Source: an uncultured Planctomycetales bacterium
GTDB taxonomy: Bacteria > Planctomycetota > UBA1135
Length of the DNA stretch: 42,597 nt
Reading direction: 5' to 3'
NCBI GenBank assembly: GCA_964591365.1
Contig: CAZQAP010000002.1
Location: 1 to 42,597, forward strand
Under the pieces are notes generated by a model that was not told where the DNA came from, searched no databases, and saw only the letters and a program-made list of their open reading frames with translations. Shown here one piece after another: positions 8,647 through 18,447 of this stretch. The position numbers and the translations under genes are program-made. Each line of letters opens with the position of its first letter. Position 1 is the stretch's first letter.

Positions 8647-8691
8647 GGCAACGGCGCGGTCCGCTTGGGCGGGCCGCGTCTGCCTTTTTTT
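8647..8691 (+). terminator. intrinsic terminator between the convergent histone-fold gene and tsaB
   Basis: GC-rich imperfect hairpin GGCAACGGCGCGGTCCGC / GCGGGCCGCGTCTGCC followed by T7 (8685-8691). Confidence 0.6.
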
Positions 8692-8722
8692 CGCCGTGGT
8701 TTCACGAGGGTCCTTCCGGTTT

Positions 8723-9382
8723 TCAAAGTCTGCGGGGCTGGGCCGCGGCGCGCAGGTAGAGGGGGTTTGGAGGCGGTTGGGCACTCCAGGCCGGATCGTC
8801 CGGGGGGCCGAATCTCCTCCCAGCAAGGCGGAGAAGACTGGATGCAGGAGGAGCGATGCGCTCGGCGAACACCTCCACCTTCGCCGCGCACAACTCCGGA
8901 TCGCCGATCAGCAGACAACCCTGGGGGACGGCGTCCGCCCCTTCTTCGCGCGGAAGGACCCGGGGAGCAACGATGACTTCCACGTCGTCGCAGGTCCGCC
9001 GGTAGACGGCGTGATAGACCTCCCGGCGGTGGGCGTCGAGAAGAAGGTGGACGTGGGAATCCACGGGCGCGGAAAACGCGGCGGCTTCGAATGTGGAGAT
9101 TCCGAGCACGGGAATGTCCAGGGCGACCGAAAGCGTGCGCGCAGCAGTGCAGGCGATGCGCAGCCCCGTGTAGGACCCCGGGCCGGTTCCCGCGACGATT
9201 CCCGTGAGGTCCGCGCGCGAAAGACCGCCTACGCAAAGCAGGCTCTCGAGGCACGCGAACAGCTGTCTTCCCCGTTCGCCCTGGAAGGCGGCTTCCTCGA
9301 TGCCGCTCGAGGTCCCCAGGGCGATCCGGGAGGGGTCTCCAGAAAGATCGAGGCCCAGGATTCCGTGGAGAAGTCCCCTCAA
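8723..9382 (-). CDS. tsaB: tRNA N6-threonylcarbamoyladenosine biosynthesis protein TsaB (YeaZ)
   Basis: GTGPGSYTGLRI motif and N-terminus ILGLDLSG. There is no ATG or GTG downstream of the glmM stop in this frame. A TTG at 9382, 19 nt after the glmM stop, is therefore inferred as the start. Confidence 0.78.
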   Translation of the reverse strand: MRGLLHGILGLDLSGDPSRIALGTSSGIEEAAFQGERGRQLFACLESLLCVGGLSRADLTGIVAGTGPGSYTGLRIACTAARTLSVALDIPVLGISTFEAAAFSAPVDSHVHLLLDAHRREVYHAVYRRTCDDVEVIVAPRVLPREEGADAVPQGCLLIGDPELCAAKVEVFAERIAPPASSLLRLAGRRFGPPDDPAWSAQPPPNPLYLRAAAQPRRL

Positions 9383-9401
9383 GCTGCTTTCCAGCCGGGT
9401 T

Positions 9402-10763
9402 TCAGGCCAGGATCCCGTCTTCGCGGGCGGCCCGGGTGAGCCGATCGAGAGCTGCCAGGACGGCCGGGCCGCTCTCCGCTTCCACCATGAGCCGGATCCG
9501 GAGTTCGGTGCCTGAAAAACGGACCACGGTGCGGCCTCTTCCGCCGAATTCTTGAGCCAGTTCGTTCTCGACCGCTTGCAGCCGGGGAAGTTTTTCCATG
9601 GAAACCCGTTCAACCACCGGAAGGCTCACAAGTTTCTGGGGGTATTCCCGGTATCCGGCTGCGAAATCCTGGGGTTCCAGATTCTCTGCGGTCAGGGCTG
9701 CGGCGATGCGCAGGAAGGTATAGATACCGTCCCCGCGGAATCCATGGTCTTCTCCAAAGAGGAGGTGCCCCGACTTTTCCCCGCCCAGGGTCCAGCCGTT
9801 CTGGCGCATGGCCCGGGCCACGTTGCGGTCGCCGACCGCGACCCGCTGCAGGCGGATCCGCTTTCCTTCCAGGTATTTTCCCAGGCCCATGTTGCTCATG
9901 ACGGTTGCGACCACCGTCCGTTCGGGAAGGAGATCCTGTGCCGCGAGGTGCGGGGCGAGCCCGGCAAGCAGGATGTCTCCGTCCAGCACACGCCCGTTGC
10001 GGTCTGCCAGGATTCCACGGTCCCCGTCTCCGTCCAGGCTGAGTCCGATCCGGCAGTGGTTCTGAACGGTTTCGCGCGCGGCCAGTTCGGGATGCAGGGA
10101 ACCGCAGTCCCGGTTGATGTTCCGGCCGTCGGGGCGGTCGTGGATGGAAACCGGCTCGGCGCCGAACGCCTTGAGAATGCGCGGCCCGAGCTGGGAATAG
10201 GCTCCGTTGGCGCAGTCGATCAGGATCTTCCAGCCCTTGAGTTCCAGCTCGGGAAAGGCGTCATTGCGCAGCCAGGCCATGTAATCGCCCACCAGGCCCT
10301 TGGCGCGCCGGATGGTTCCCGGAACGGCTGAGTCGGGAAGATCCTCGTTTCCGGCCATCCCTTCCTCCAGCGCCAGCTCCTTGCCGTCCGAAAGCTTGCA
10401 ACCGTCGGCTCCCAGGAGCTTGATGCCGTTGTCTTCGGCGGGATTGTGGGAAGCCGAGATGACCACGCCCCCGGCGTAAGGGCCCGTGGCGGTCAGGTAG
10501 GCGACCGCGGGAGTGGGGGCCAGACCGACCACGTCCACCGGAACGCCGCCGCGCACGAGGCCGCCGGCCAGGGCGGCCGCCAGGGTCTCCCCGCTCTGCC
10601 GGCCGTCATGGCCGATCAAGACCCCGCGGGGGACCGGGCCTTCGCCCCCGGAAGGAAGATGCTCGCTGAACAGGCGCCCCAGGCGCTCCAGGAATCCGGG
10701 CGCGAGGGGCCCCTCTCCGGCCTTGCCCCGGATGCCGTCCGTGCCGAAAAGCCTTTCCTCCAT
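9402..10763 (-). CDS. glmM: phosphoglucosamine mutase
   Basis: N-terminus LFGTDGIRG, active-site SASHNPAEDNGIK, metal loop DGDGDR and GGEKSGH motif. 453 aa. Confidence 0.94.
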   Translation of the reverse strand: MEERLFGTDGIRGKAGEGPLAPGFLERLGRLFSEHLPSGGEGPVPRGVLIGHDGRQSGETLAAALAGGLVRGGVPVDVVGLAPTPAVAYLTATGPYAGGVVISASHNPAEDNGIKLLGADGCKLSDGKELALEEGMAGNEDLPDSAVPGTIRRAKGLVGDYMAWLRNDAFPELELKGWKILIDCANGAYSQLGPRILKAFGAEPVSIHDRPDGRNINRDCGSLHPELAARETVQNHCRIGLSLDGDGDRGILADRNGRVLDGDILLAGLAPHLAAQDLLPERTVVATVMSNMGLGKYLEGKRIRLQRVAVGDRNVARAMRQNGWTLGGEKSGHLLFGEDHGFRGDGIYTFLRIAAALTAENLEPQDFAAGYREYPQKLVSLPVVERVSMEKLPRLQAVENELAQEFGGRGRTVVRFSGTELRIRLMVEAESGPAVLAALDRLTRAAREDGILA

Positions 10764-10788
10764 GCTTCTGCCAGATTCTTTCCGGAGT

Positions 10789-11922
10789 CTATTGAGGGTT
10801 CTGCACGACCGTGACGGTCCAGTCCTCTTCCCCCTCCGGGGTGATGGTCATCTGTTTCAGGTAGAGATCCCGCACGCCCTTTTCCAGCCCGAAAAGGGTC
10901 CACTCGATCTTAAGCGGATACTCCTTGGCTTCGACCTTGACCTGGGACAGGTCGGCCAGGAGACGGACGTGGCTTGTCACCCACTGGCGGTCGAAGGTCT
11001 CGGGAAGCCCTTCGTCGCTGAGGAGCTGGGCGACCCAGGGCTTGCGTCTCAAGGGTTTGGGGGTCCAGGTGGACCCCCCGGGGGCCTTCCCGAACAGGTA
11101 GAGCAGGCCGTCGTCCTCGGGAAAGAACTCCACCCGGACGGGTTCCTTCAGGCGCAGGGGCAGGGAGACCAGGACGCGTTCCGGTTCCATGCGGATGCCC
11201 GTCTGCAGCAGGGACGGGTCGAGGGCCACGGAACTGGTGAGATCCCGGCGGGCGCCATCGACGTTGACAAGATCAAGGAAGACCGCCTCGGGTTCGGTCC
11301 CCTCGACCATGGCCTTCAGCCGGCGTCTCAACTGGTCCACTTCGGTCGTCGGGCCGTCGATCTCGACCCGGCTGGGCGTGAAGCGGATCTTTGCGGACTC
11401 GACCGCGAAGGATTCGGCCGGGTCGCCCTGGATGCGGACCATCTCGGAGGTCAGATCGACGGGGACGACACGCCGCCGTTCGAAACGGAGTTCTTCCAGA
11501 GGCTGTTCCTTGGGAGGGACCGAACCCAGGAGAACCTGGGCGTCCTGCGGGCGCTGCCAGGAGAGGTCGCGCGGCCGCAGAGGCACCTGGAAGATGGAGA
11601 CCTCCTGCTCGGCGGAGAATTCCGCGCGGTAGGACGCGGCACACTGGGACTTGAAGAAGTTTTCGAGAGTCGAGCGCGGGCCCTCGAAAAGGACCTGGAT
11701 GTTCGAACCCGGCTTGGGGGCCACCAGGATCCAGCCGGGCGGCACCTGGACCTGGATCGTATTGTTCTCCGGGGCCGTGACTTCATCTCCCGTCACGATC
11801 TTGAAGGAATGACCCTGTTTCTGGGTGACCCGGTTGTCCGCCCAGAACCAGAGGACCAGCCCCAGGCCCAACGCCAGCCCTTTGCGGCCCAGGTCGTGGA
11901 AGAAGATGCCGCGAAGCTTCAC
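10789..11922 (-). CDS. cdaR: YbbR-domain protein, CdaA regulatory protein CdaR-like
   Basis: GTG at 11922 overlaps the cdaA stop (GTGA). It has an N-terminal TM segment (GLALGLGLVLWFW) followed by repeated beta-rich YbbR-like segments. Its position between cdaA and glmM matches the known cdaA-cdaR-glmM module. Confidence 0.75.
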   Translation of the reverse strand: MKLRGIFFHDLGRKGLALGLGLVLWFWADNRVTQKQGHSFKIVTGDEVTAPENNTIQVQVPPGWILVAPKPGSNIQVLFEGPRSTLENFFKSQCAASYRAEFSAEQEVSIFQVPLRPRDLSWQRPQDAQVLLGSVPPKEQPLEELRFERRRVVPVDLTSEMVRIQGDPAESFAVESAKIRFTPSRVEIDGPTTEVDQLRRRLKAMVEGTEPEAVFLDLVNVDGARRDLTSSVALDPSLLQTGIRMEPERVLVSLPLRLKEPVRVEFFPEDDGLLYLFGKAPGGSTWTPKPLRRKPWVAQLLSDEGLPETFDRQWVTSHVRLLADLSQVKVEAKEYPLKIEWTLFGLEKGVRDLYLKQMTITPEGEEDWTVTVVQNPQ

Positions 11923-12827
11923 TGGGAAGCCGCCTTTTCCGGGGCCGGGGGCTTGAGAGGAGACTCCGCGGCGGCCACCACGACGCTGGAGGGCTCCGCC
12001 CGCGTTTCCGCGGCGGCGCTGTCCTTTTTCGGCTTGGGTTTGGGAGCTTCCGTCCGCAGAAGCTCCCGCAGCTTGTCCTCGATCTGGTCGAAGGGGACCT
12101 GCCGGTACATGATCCCCCCGCAGCAGATCGAAATCCTCCCGGTCTCCTCGCTGACCACCACGGTGACGGCGTCGGTCTCTTCCGTGAGCCCCAGGGCCGC
12201 TCGGTGGCGCGTGCCCATGCGGCGCTGGACTTCCGGGTTTTCGGTCAGCGGGAAGAGGCAGACCGCGTAGGCGATCTTGCGGCCCCGCAGGATGACCGCG
12301 CCGTCGTGGAGGGGGTTGCCCGGAAAGAAGATCGCCTCGAGCAGGATCGAAGCGACCGGAGCTTCGATCTTGACGGCGTTCTCCTCGTAGGGGTCCAGGG
12401 AGACGTTGCGTTCGAAAGCGATCAGGGCGCCGATGCGTTCCTTGGCCATGCGCTGGACGGCGGCGGTGACCTTGGCGAGCGTGGCGGCTTCGGGGCCCTC
12501 GCTTCCCAGGAAGCCGAGGAAGCCCGCCCGCCCGATCTGGGAAATCCCGCGGCGCAGTTCCGGCTGGAAGAGGATGACCAGCACCACCACCAGCCAGGGG
12601 GCCACCAGCCCCAGGATGAAGTTGAGACGCGGCACTTCGAGCACCGCATCCAGCCCGGCAAGGCCGATGGAAACGGCCAGGAGAAAGACCAGAAGCCCTC
12701 GCAGGACGCCGAAGCCCCGCGTCGTGCGCAGGAATCTCAAGACCGCGTAGATCCCCAGCGAAAGGAGCGCGATCTCGATCGCCGCTCCCACGGTGTAGCT
12801 GCTGACTCCGAGCTGGCGGAAAATCAT
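11919..12827 (-). CDS. cdaA: diadenylate cyclase CdaA (DisA_N/DAC domain, membrane-anchored)
   Basis: ATG at 12827 overlaps the folP stop (ATGA). It has three N-terminal TM helices. The DAC motifs LHDGAVIL and GTRHRAALGLTEETDA are present. The tail is Pro/Lys/Ala-rich. Confidence 0.9.
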   Translation of the reverse strand: MIFRQLGVSSYTVGAAIEIALLSLGIYAVLRFLRTTRGFGVLRGLLVFLLAVSIGLAGLDAVLEVPRLNFILGLVAPWLVVVLVILFQPELRRGISQIGRAGFLGFLGSEGPEAATLAKVTAAVQRMAKERIGALIAFERNVSLDPYEENAVKIEAPVASILLEAIFFPGNPLHDGAVILRGRKIAYAVCLFPLTENPEVQRRMGTRHRAALGLTEETDAVTVVVSEETGRISICCGGIMYRQVPFDQIEDKLRELLRTEAPKPKPKKDSAAAETRAEPSSVVVAAAESPLKPPAPEKAASQ

Positions 12828-13672
12828 GCCGGGGTCTCCTGCCCGGCCCGATTGTCGGCGCAGGGGGCCCTGGCCGCCAGCACGGATTCCTCGGGAAAAG
12901 CCGCCGCTGCCGCTGCCAGGGCGGCATCCCAGACGAACCCCCCCCGGTGGAGGCGCAGGACGGCTGCCCCGCCGGCCGCGCAGAGCGCCGCCGCTCCGGC
13001 GGTGCCCCCGTCCCGCTCGGCGGGCGGGCGGTCCTTGCCGAGCACCGGGAGCAGGAAGGACTTCCGCGAGGGGCCGGCGAGGACGGGGAACCCGAGCGCC
13101 CGGAGACAGCCGATGGAAGCGATCCATTCCAGGCTCTGGGCGGCGGTCTTGGCGAACCCGATCCCCGGGTCGAGCAGGATCTTTTCCGGAGCGATCCCCT
13201 GGCGCAGGGCCAAGCCGGCGCGCGCCGCCAGTTCGTCCACGACCTCCCCCAGGAGGAAACGGTAGCTTGCGCGAGAGGCCATGTCGGCCGGGGTCCCGCG
13301 CATGTGCATGAGAACCACCCGGCAGCCGGCCCGCGCGACCACGTCCGCCATTTCCTCATCTGCGGCCAGGGCGCTTACGTCGTTGATCATCGCCGCCCCG
13401 GCCTCCAGGCAGGCGCGGGCGACCTCGGCCGACCGGGTGTCGATGGAAAGTCGCACTCCCAGGGGACGCAGCTTCCCGATGGCGGGGAGCAGCCGCTTCA
13501 ATTGAAGGGCGGCGAGCACGGGACGGGCTCCGGGGCGCGTGCTCTCCGCGCCCAGATCCAGGAAGGCGGCTCCCTCGTCCACCCGCAGCGCGGCTTCCCT
13601 TTCCAGGACCCCGGCCCGGAGAAGTTCCCCGCCGTCGCTGAAGGAATCGGGGGTGAGATTCAGGATGGCCAT
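12824..13672 (-). CDS. folP: dihydropteroate synthase
   Basis: MAILNLTPDSFSDGG, DLGAESTRPG, SIDT, INDVS, DPGIGFAK and SRKSF motifs. ATG 13672 gives the minimal core. The frame stays open up to a GTG at 13984 that overlaps the ftsH stop, so the true start is uncertain. Confidence 0.88.
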   Translation of the reverse strand: MAILNLTPDSFSDGGELLRAGVLEREAALRVDEGAAFLDLGAESTRPGARPVLAALQLKRLLPAIGKLRPLGVRLSIDTRSAEVARACLEAGAAMINDVSALAADEEMADVVARAGCRVVLMHMRGTPADMASRASYRFLLGEVVDELAARAGLALRQGIAPEKILLDPGIGFAKTAAQSLEWIASIGCLRALGFPVLAGPSRKSFLLPVLGKDRPPAERDGGTAGAAALCAAGGAAVLRLHRGGFVWDAALAAAAAAFPEESVLAARAPCADNRAGQETPA

Positions 13673-13980
13673 GAAGGCGGGACGCGGGGGACGGGTTTGC
13701 CAGGCCGCCCGGCCGGCGGCAATGCGCGCTTCGATCCAGGCCGCGCGCCCGGCAGGGTCGTTTTCGTCTGCGGCGGTCCGGAGGAATTCGGCAGGAAAGG
13801 GCCCGTCGGGAGGCCGGAAGGCCTGGGATCCGTCGGGCAGGAGCCTTCCCGGCTCAAGACCCCGTTGCTGGAGCGCCCGGGCGCAGGCGGGGGACTTGCA
13901 GGCGGGGCCGCGCCACCAGCCGTCCCCCAGAGGGAGGGCATGGTGGGGTCTTGAGAAGTGGGGGACTTCCCAGGGATGGA

Positions 13981-16254
13981 TCACGCCGGAGCCAGCCCTT
14001 CCTGCCCGGGCTGCACAAGGCCGCTTCCCGGTTCCGGTGCGGGAACCCGCTTGGCGGGATCGGATTGAGCGGGGGCCGGCGAGCCGGAGGGCGGGGCCTC
14101 GGGTTCCGGGCGCAGATTCTCCGGGGCGGTCCCCTCCATCAGGAGGACGATCTCGTGCGCGTGCAGGGTCTCGAAACGAAGCAGAGCCTGGGCCACCCGT
14201 TCCACTTCCTCCCGGTTCCGGGAAAGGACCTCCCGGGCCCGGCCATAGGCTTCTTTCACGAAGCGGGTCACCTCGTGATCGATCTCCTTCACCGAAGCTT
14301 CCGAGAAATCCTTTCCGAGCGAGAATTCGCTCCCCAGGAAATCGTTGCCGCGTTGATGGGCGAAGTTGATCGGGCCGAGATGATCGCTCATTCCCCATTC
14401 GGTGACCATCATGCGGGCGATCTGGGTGGCCCGCTGGATGTCGTTGGAGGCTCCCGAGGTGATGTCGTCGCAGAACATCTCTTCGGCCACACGCCCTCCG
14501 TAGAGGACCGTCAATTCGTCGAGGAGTTTCTTGCGGGTGAGATGCAGGTGTTCCTTCTCCGGAAGCTGCATGGTGGCCCCCAGGGACATCCCCCGCGGGA
14601 TGATGGTGACCTTGTGGACCGGCTCGGCGTTTTCGAGGGTCTGGCTGATCACGGTGTGCCCGGCCTCGTGGTAGGCGGTGATCGTCTTGTCCTCCAGGTC
14701 CATCACCCTCGATTTCTTCTGGCGGCCGAAACGGATCTTGTCACGGGCTTCCTCGAGGTCGTCCTGGGTGACGGCCAGGTGGTTCTTCATCACAGCCAGG
14801 ATGGCGGCTTCATTCACCAGCGCGGAAAGTTCGGCCCCGGAGAAGCCGGGCGTGCCGCGGGCGATCTCGGCCATGTCCAACCCGGGGGCCAGCTTCACTT
14901 CGCGGCTGTGGACCTTGAGGATCTGTTCGCGGCCGTTGATGTCCGGAAGATCGATGACGATTTCGCGGTCGAAACGGCCCGGCCGGAGAAGGGCGGGATC
15001 GAGGACGTCGGGCCGGTTGGTGGCGGCGACGACGATGATGCCTTCATCGGTGTCGAAGCCGTCCATTTCGACCAGGATGGCGTTCAGGGTCTGCTCGCGT
15101 TCGTCGTGGCCGCCGCCCATCCCGGAGCCGCGCTTGCGGCCGACGGCGTCGATCTCGTCCAGGAAGAGGATGCAGGGGGCCGAATCCTTGGCCTGTTTGA
15201 AGAGGTCCCGCACCCGGCTGGCGCCCACGCCGACGAACATCTCCACGAAGTCGGAGCCGCTGATGCTCAAGAAGGGGACATCGGCCTCGCCGGCGATCGC
15301 CTTGGCCAGCAGGGTCTTGCCCGTGCCGGGATTGCCGACCAGGAGGACCCCGCGCGGGATCCGGCCGCCCAGGCGCTGGAAACGGGTGGGGTTCTTCAGG
15401 AACTCGATGATCTCGCCGACTTCCTCCTTGGCGTCGTCGATGCCGGCAACGTCCTCGAAGGAGACCTTGGTCCGGTCCTCTTTGTTGTAGAGGACCGCCC
15501 TGGAGCGGCCGAAGGACATCAGGCCCTGGCCCTGGCCGCGCATCTGGCGCATGAAGATGAACCAGAAGAGCGCCAGGAAGAGAAGGATGGGTCCGAAGGT
15601 GCCCAGGAAATACATGAGGGCCGAATTGCCCTCCTCGACCACCAGGCCCTTGCCAAGGTCGAAGTATTCCTCCGTGACGTCGGCTTTCTTGCTTTTGAGC
15701 GTTTGCAGAAGCTGCCCCACGTCGGCGCCCGCAAGGAGGATCTCCCCGTAGTGGAGCCCCTGCTTGTCGGCATAGTCGAGAAACAGGCGCTGCTCGGTGG
15801 GGGCGGGGCCTGCCGCGGCCTTGTCTCCAGCGGCCCGGGTTGCCTTCAGGGCGTAGACGTGCACCGGATTCTTTTCGCCGCTCTCGACCGCCTGCAGGAT
15901 TTCTTCGGCTCCAAAGAGGCCTTCGGGCTTTTTGGCGAGCTGGTTCCGGATCCACTCGTTGGTTTCGGGACTCCGCGGCCAGGTCACGGTGAAGGATTCC
16001 TGGCCGGCTGGAACCACTCCCTTGCGGAAGCTGCCCGTGATCCGGCTGTTCTGATCCTGGGGCGCGGCCGTCTCGATCCCCCCCGTGTAGAGGTTGTAGC
16101 GGAAGGCGTCCACGCTGATCGTGCGGCGGGAGGGGGGGCTTCCGAAAATCACCAGGAGGAGCAAAAGGGCGGTCGTCAGCACCAGGAAGGGGCCGAAGGG
16201 CCGCTTCCCGGGCTTTTCTCCCGGACGGGCGGGTTTTCTGGGCGGTTCGTTCAT
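13981..16254 (-). CDS. ftsH: ATP-dependent zinc metalloprotease FtsH
   Basis: ATG at 16254 (MNEPPRK). Walker A GNPGTGKT, Walker [31 protein letters not shown] and zinc site HEAGH are present. There are two TM segments separated by about 185 aa. Confidence 0.95.
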   Translation of the reverse strand: MNEPPRKPARPGEKPGKRPFGPFLVLTTALLLLLVIFGSPPSRRTISVDAFRYNLYTGGIETAAPQDQNSRITGSFRKGVVPAGQESFTVTWPRSPETNEWIRNQLAKKPEGLFGAEEILQAVESGEKNPVHVYALKATRAAGDKAAAGPAPTEQRLFLDYADKQGLHYGEILLAGADVGQLLQTLKSKKADVTEEYFDLGKGLVVEEGNSALMYFLGTFGPILLFLALFWFIFMRQMRGQGQGLMSFGRSRAVLYNKEDRTKVSFEDVAGIDDAKEEVGEIIEFLKNPTRFQRLGGRIPRGVLLVGNPGTGKTLLAKAIAGEADVPFLSISGSDFVEMFVGVGASRVRDLFKQAKDSAPCILFLDEIDAVGRKRGSGMGGGHDEREQTLNAILVEMDGFDTDEGIIVVAATNRPDVLDPALLRPGRFDREIVIDLPDINGREQILKVHSREVKLAPGLDMAEIARGTPGFSGAELSALVNEAAILAVMKNHLAVTQDDLEEARDKIRFGRQKKSRVMDLEDKTITAYHEAGHTVISQTLENAEPVHKVTIIPRGMSLGATMQLPEKEHLHLTRKKLLDELTVLYGGRVAEEMFCDDITSGASNDIQRATQIARMMVTEWGMSDHLGPINFAHQRGNDFLGSEFSLGKDFSEASVKEIDHEVTRFVKEAYGRAREVLSRNREEVERVAQALLRFETLHAHEIVLLMEGTAPENLRPEPEAPPSGSPAPAQSDPAKRVPAPEPGSGLVQPGQEGLAPA

Positions 16255-16760
16255 CAGGGGCCTGGGGGGGTGGAATCTGAAAAAAGGATGCTGACTTCCA
16301 TTACGACCTGTTCCGCCATCGTATCGAGGATTTCTCCCATGGCGCTCAAGGCGTCCTCCCCGTCCGAGGGGAGGAATTCGAACGTCCGGCGGGTTTTTCC
16401 GTTCCCCAGGACCTCCCCCTGGGGATCTTCCAGCCGCCAAGTCACCTCCAGGGTGGCGGAACCCACCAAAGCGCCCCCTGTGCGCGCCCGGTCCGGCGCG
16501 CCGCGCGAAACGTCCCGGATCCCGGTCCTGAGCACGAAGTCGGATTCGTCTCCCCCGAGGCGGACGTCGAGCAGGCGCTCGAAATCGGTCCGCAGGGAGC
16601 GCGTGAGGCCGGTTTCGATGCCGCGCCAGCGGGTGTCATTGGATGCCGGCGCCACGGAGATCCGGCGCCCTCCGCCGACGGAGGGGTCGATCACGCGATA
16701 GCCGCAGGATGCGGCGCCCAGGAGGGCGGCCAGGCCCAGGGCCCGGAAGGGAGCCTTCAT
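16254..16760 (-). CDS. LptE-like outer-membrane lipoprotein
   Basis: ATG at 16760 overlaps the stop of the upstream gene (ATGA). The signal peptide carries a lipobox (LLGAASCGYRV). The CGY..., NDT and acidic/arginine pattern resembles LptE (RlpB) family lipoproteins. 168 aa. Confidence 0.5.
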   Translation of the reverse strand: MKAPFRALGLAALLGAASCGYRVIDPSVGGGRRISVAPASNDTRWRGIETGLTRSLRTDFERLLDVRLGGDESDFVLRTGIRDVSRGAPDRARTGGALVGSATLEVTWRLEDPQGEVLGNGKTRRTFEFLPSDGEDALSAMGEILDTMAEQVVMEVSILFSDSTPPGP

Positions 16761-17680
16761 CCTTCCTTCCCCTTCGTTTCCTGCACCTCTCCGAGCGGAG
16801 GGTCCGGGGGAAGGCCGGCAAGTCGCTTGCGCGCCTCCTGGCCGGCCTCCGTCTTGGACCATTTCGTGGCGTTCCGGTAGTGGAAACGGGCTCCACGGAC
16901 GTTGTCGATCTCCCGGTAGTAGTCGCCCACGTTGAGTTCGTGCCCCGCGGCCAGTTCCTCCAGGTGTTTCTTGGTGTCCTGAGCCTCCCGCCGGTAGAGG
17001 CCCGAGGGGAACTGGTCGAGATAGTGTTTGAGCTGATCGAGGGCGGAGAGGATCAGCCGGCCGTCGATTTCGGGTCCGTCGACCTGGAGGTAGCGGCACA
17101 TGGCGATGCGGTAGGTCGCCAGGTCGGCCCACTCCGAGTGGGGGTGGTTGCGCAGGATCAGGCTGTAGTCCTCCGCGGCTTCGTTGAGCATCCGGCTGGT
17201 GTAGTGGAACTCGCCCACGCGGGCCAGGGCTTCGGCGGCCAGGGGGCTGAACGGGGCCCAGGCAGCCAGGTTGTGCAGGGTGGTCACGCCCCGGGATTTG
17301 TCGGTGAAGATGCCGAGCACCTTTTCGTCCCCCTGCAGCAGGGCGACCCCCATCTCGAACAGGCGTTCCACCACCCGCTGGGTGTCGACCGAGGGCCCCT
17401 CGAAGAGCAGGAACTCCTCGTAATGCTTGATGGCCTTGTCGTAGGCCCCGATCTTGTAGGCCACGTCCCCGGAAAGGAGGCTGAAGGAGCCCTGGGAGAG
17501 CCGGTCGAAGTCTTCGCGGTCCAGGCCGTTCAGCTCGGACCAGGCCTGGTCCCATCGCCCCTGGTCCGCCAGCGCCCGGACCTCGGAGAGATCGGCTTCC
17601 GCCAGCGGCTCCGGCGGGGCGGAAGAACAGGAGAAAAGCCCCAGCAGGGTCAGGGACAGAAGGGTGCGGTGGTTTCTCAC
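16757..17680 (-). CDS. BamD/YfiO-like TPR outer-membrane lipoprotein
   Basis: GTG at 17680 overlaps the recO stop (GTGA). Lipobox LLGLFSCSS. The body is TPR-like and helical, with blocks such as YKIGAYDKAIKHYEEFL and GDYYREIDNVRGARFHY. 307 aa. Confidence 0.6.
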   Translation of the reverse strand: MRNHRTLLSLTLLGLFSCSSAPPEPLAEADLSEVRALADQGRWDQAWSELNGLDREDFDRLSQGSFSLLSGDVAYKIGAYDKAIKHYEEFLLFEGPSVDTQRVVERLFEMGVALLQGDEKVLGIFTDKSRGVTTLHNLAAWAPFSPLAAEALARVGEFHYTSRMLNEAAEDYSLILRNHPHSEWADLATYRIAMCRYLQVDGPEIDGRLILSALDQLKHYLDQFPSGLYRREAQDTKKHLEELAAGHELNVGDYYREIDNVRGARFHYRNATKWSKTEAGQEARKRLAGLPPDPPLGEVQETKGKEG

Positions 17681-18447
17681 GCGAGAGTCGCGAGGCTGGG
17701 ATGGCGGCGCCGCAGGGCGGCCAGGGCCCGGGGCTGGTGCTCCAGGTGGTAGAGGAGGAATTCCTCGAGGATTGTAAAGGCGGCCCGCTGGCAGTCCGAA
17801 TCGGCCTGGATCGGCATACCCGGATGATCCCGCAGGTCTCGCAGGAGATCCAGGGTCGCGGGAGAGAGGGGCTGGGAGGGCCCCTCGTGCGGGAGGCCGT
17901 CCCGGGGGCCGATACCTCCGGTCGAAGGCGAGAACCCCAGGCCCGAGGGGGAAGGCGGGGCCGGGGCGGAAGCGAGGACCGCTTCCATTTCCAGGCGCGG
18001 GGTGAGCCCGAGCAGGCCGAGCCCCTGCATCAAGGTGCGGCACAGGAAGGGCAGCAGGGCCAGGGGGCGGTCCAGTTCCTGGAGGCCTTCCAGGAGGTAG
18101 AGGAAGGCGGGCTCCGAGGGGGAGCCGGGAGGGGCCGCCAGTTCCGCCAGCTCGGCGCGCACGGCCGCCGCCACGATGCGGTCGGGGTTCTCGGAGATGC
18201 CCGGGAAGCGGTGCTCCAGGGAGGAGCGGTAGAGCGGGTGGAGGTCGCTGTGCTCGGTTTCACCGTATTCGGCCTGGATCAAGGCCCAGGTGTCGAGCAC
18301 GCCGAGCTGGCCGCTCTTCATGCGGTGGACGCCGCGCGCGAAAAGGGAGACGGTGCCGGACTCAGGGGTCAGGGCGCGCAACACCAGCGAGGTTTCGGAG
18401 AAGGGCCAGCGTCGCAGCACGATGGCCGGAGTGCTGCGGCGCTTCAC
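17677..18447 (-). CDS. recO: DNA repair protein RecO
   Basis: GTG at 18447 overlaps the stop of the upstream gene (GTGA). The N-terminal OB-fold pattern is TPAIVLRRWPFSETSLVLRALTPESGTVSLFARG. 256 aa. Confidence 0.82.
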   Translation of the reverse strand: MKRRSTPAIVLRRWPFSETSLVLRALTPESGTVSLFARGVHRMKSGQLGVLDTWALIQAEYGETEHSDLHPLYRSSLEHRFPGISENPDRIVAAAVRAELAELAAPPGSPSEPAFLYLLEGLQELDRPLALLPFLCRTLMQGLGLLGLTPRLEMEAVLASAPAPPSPSGLGFSPSTGGIGPRDGLPHEGPSQPLSPATLDLLRDLRDHPGMPIQADSDCQRAAFTILEEFLLYHLEHQPRALAALRRRHPSLATLA

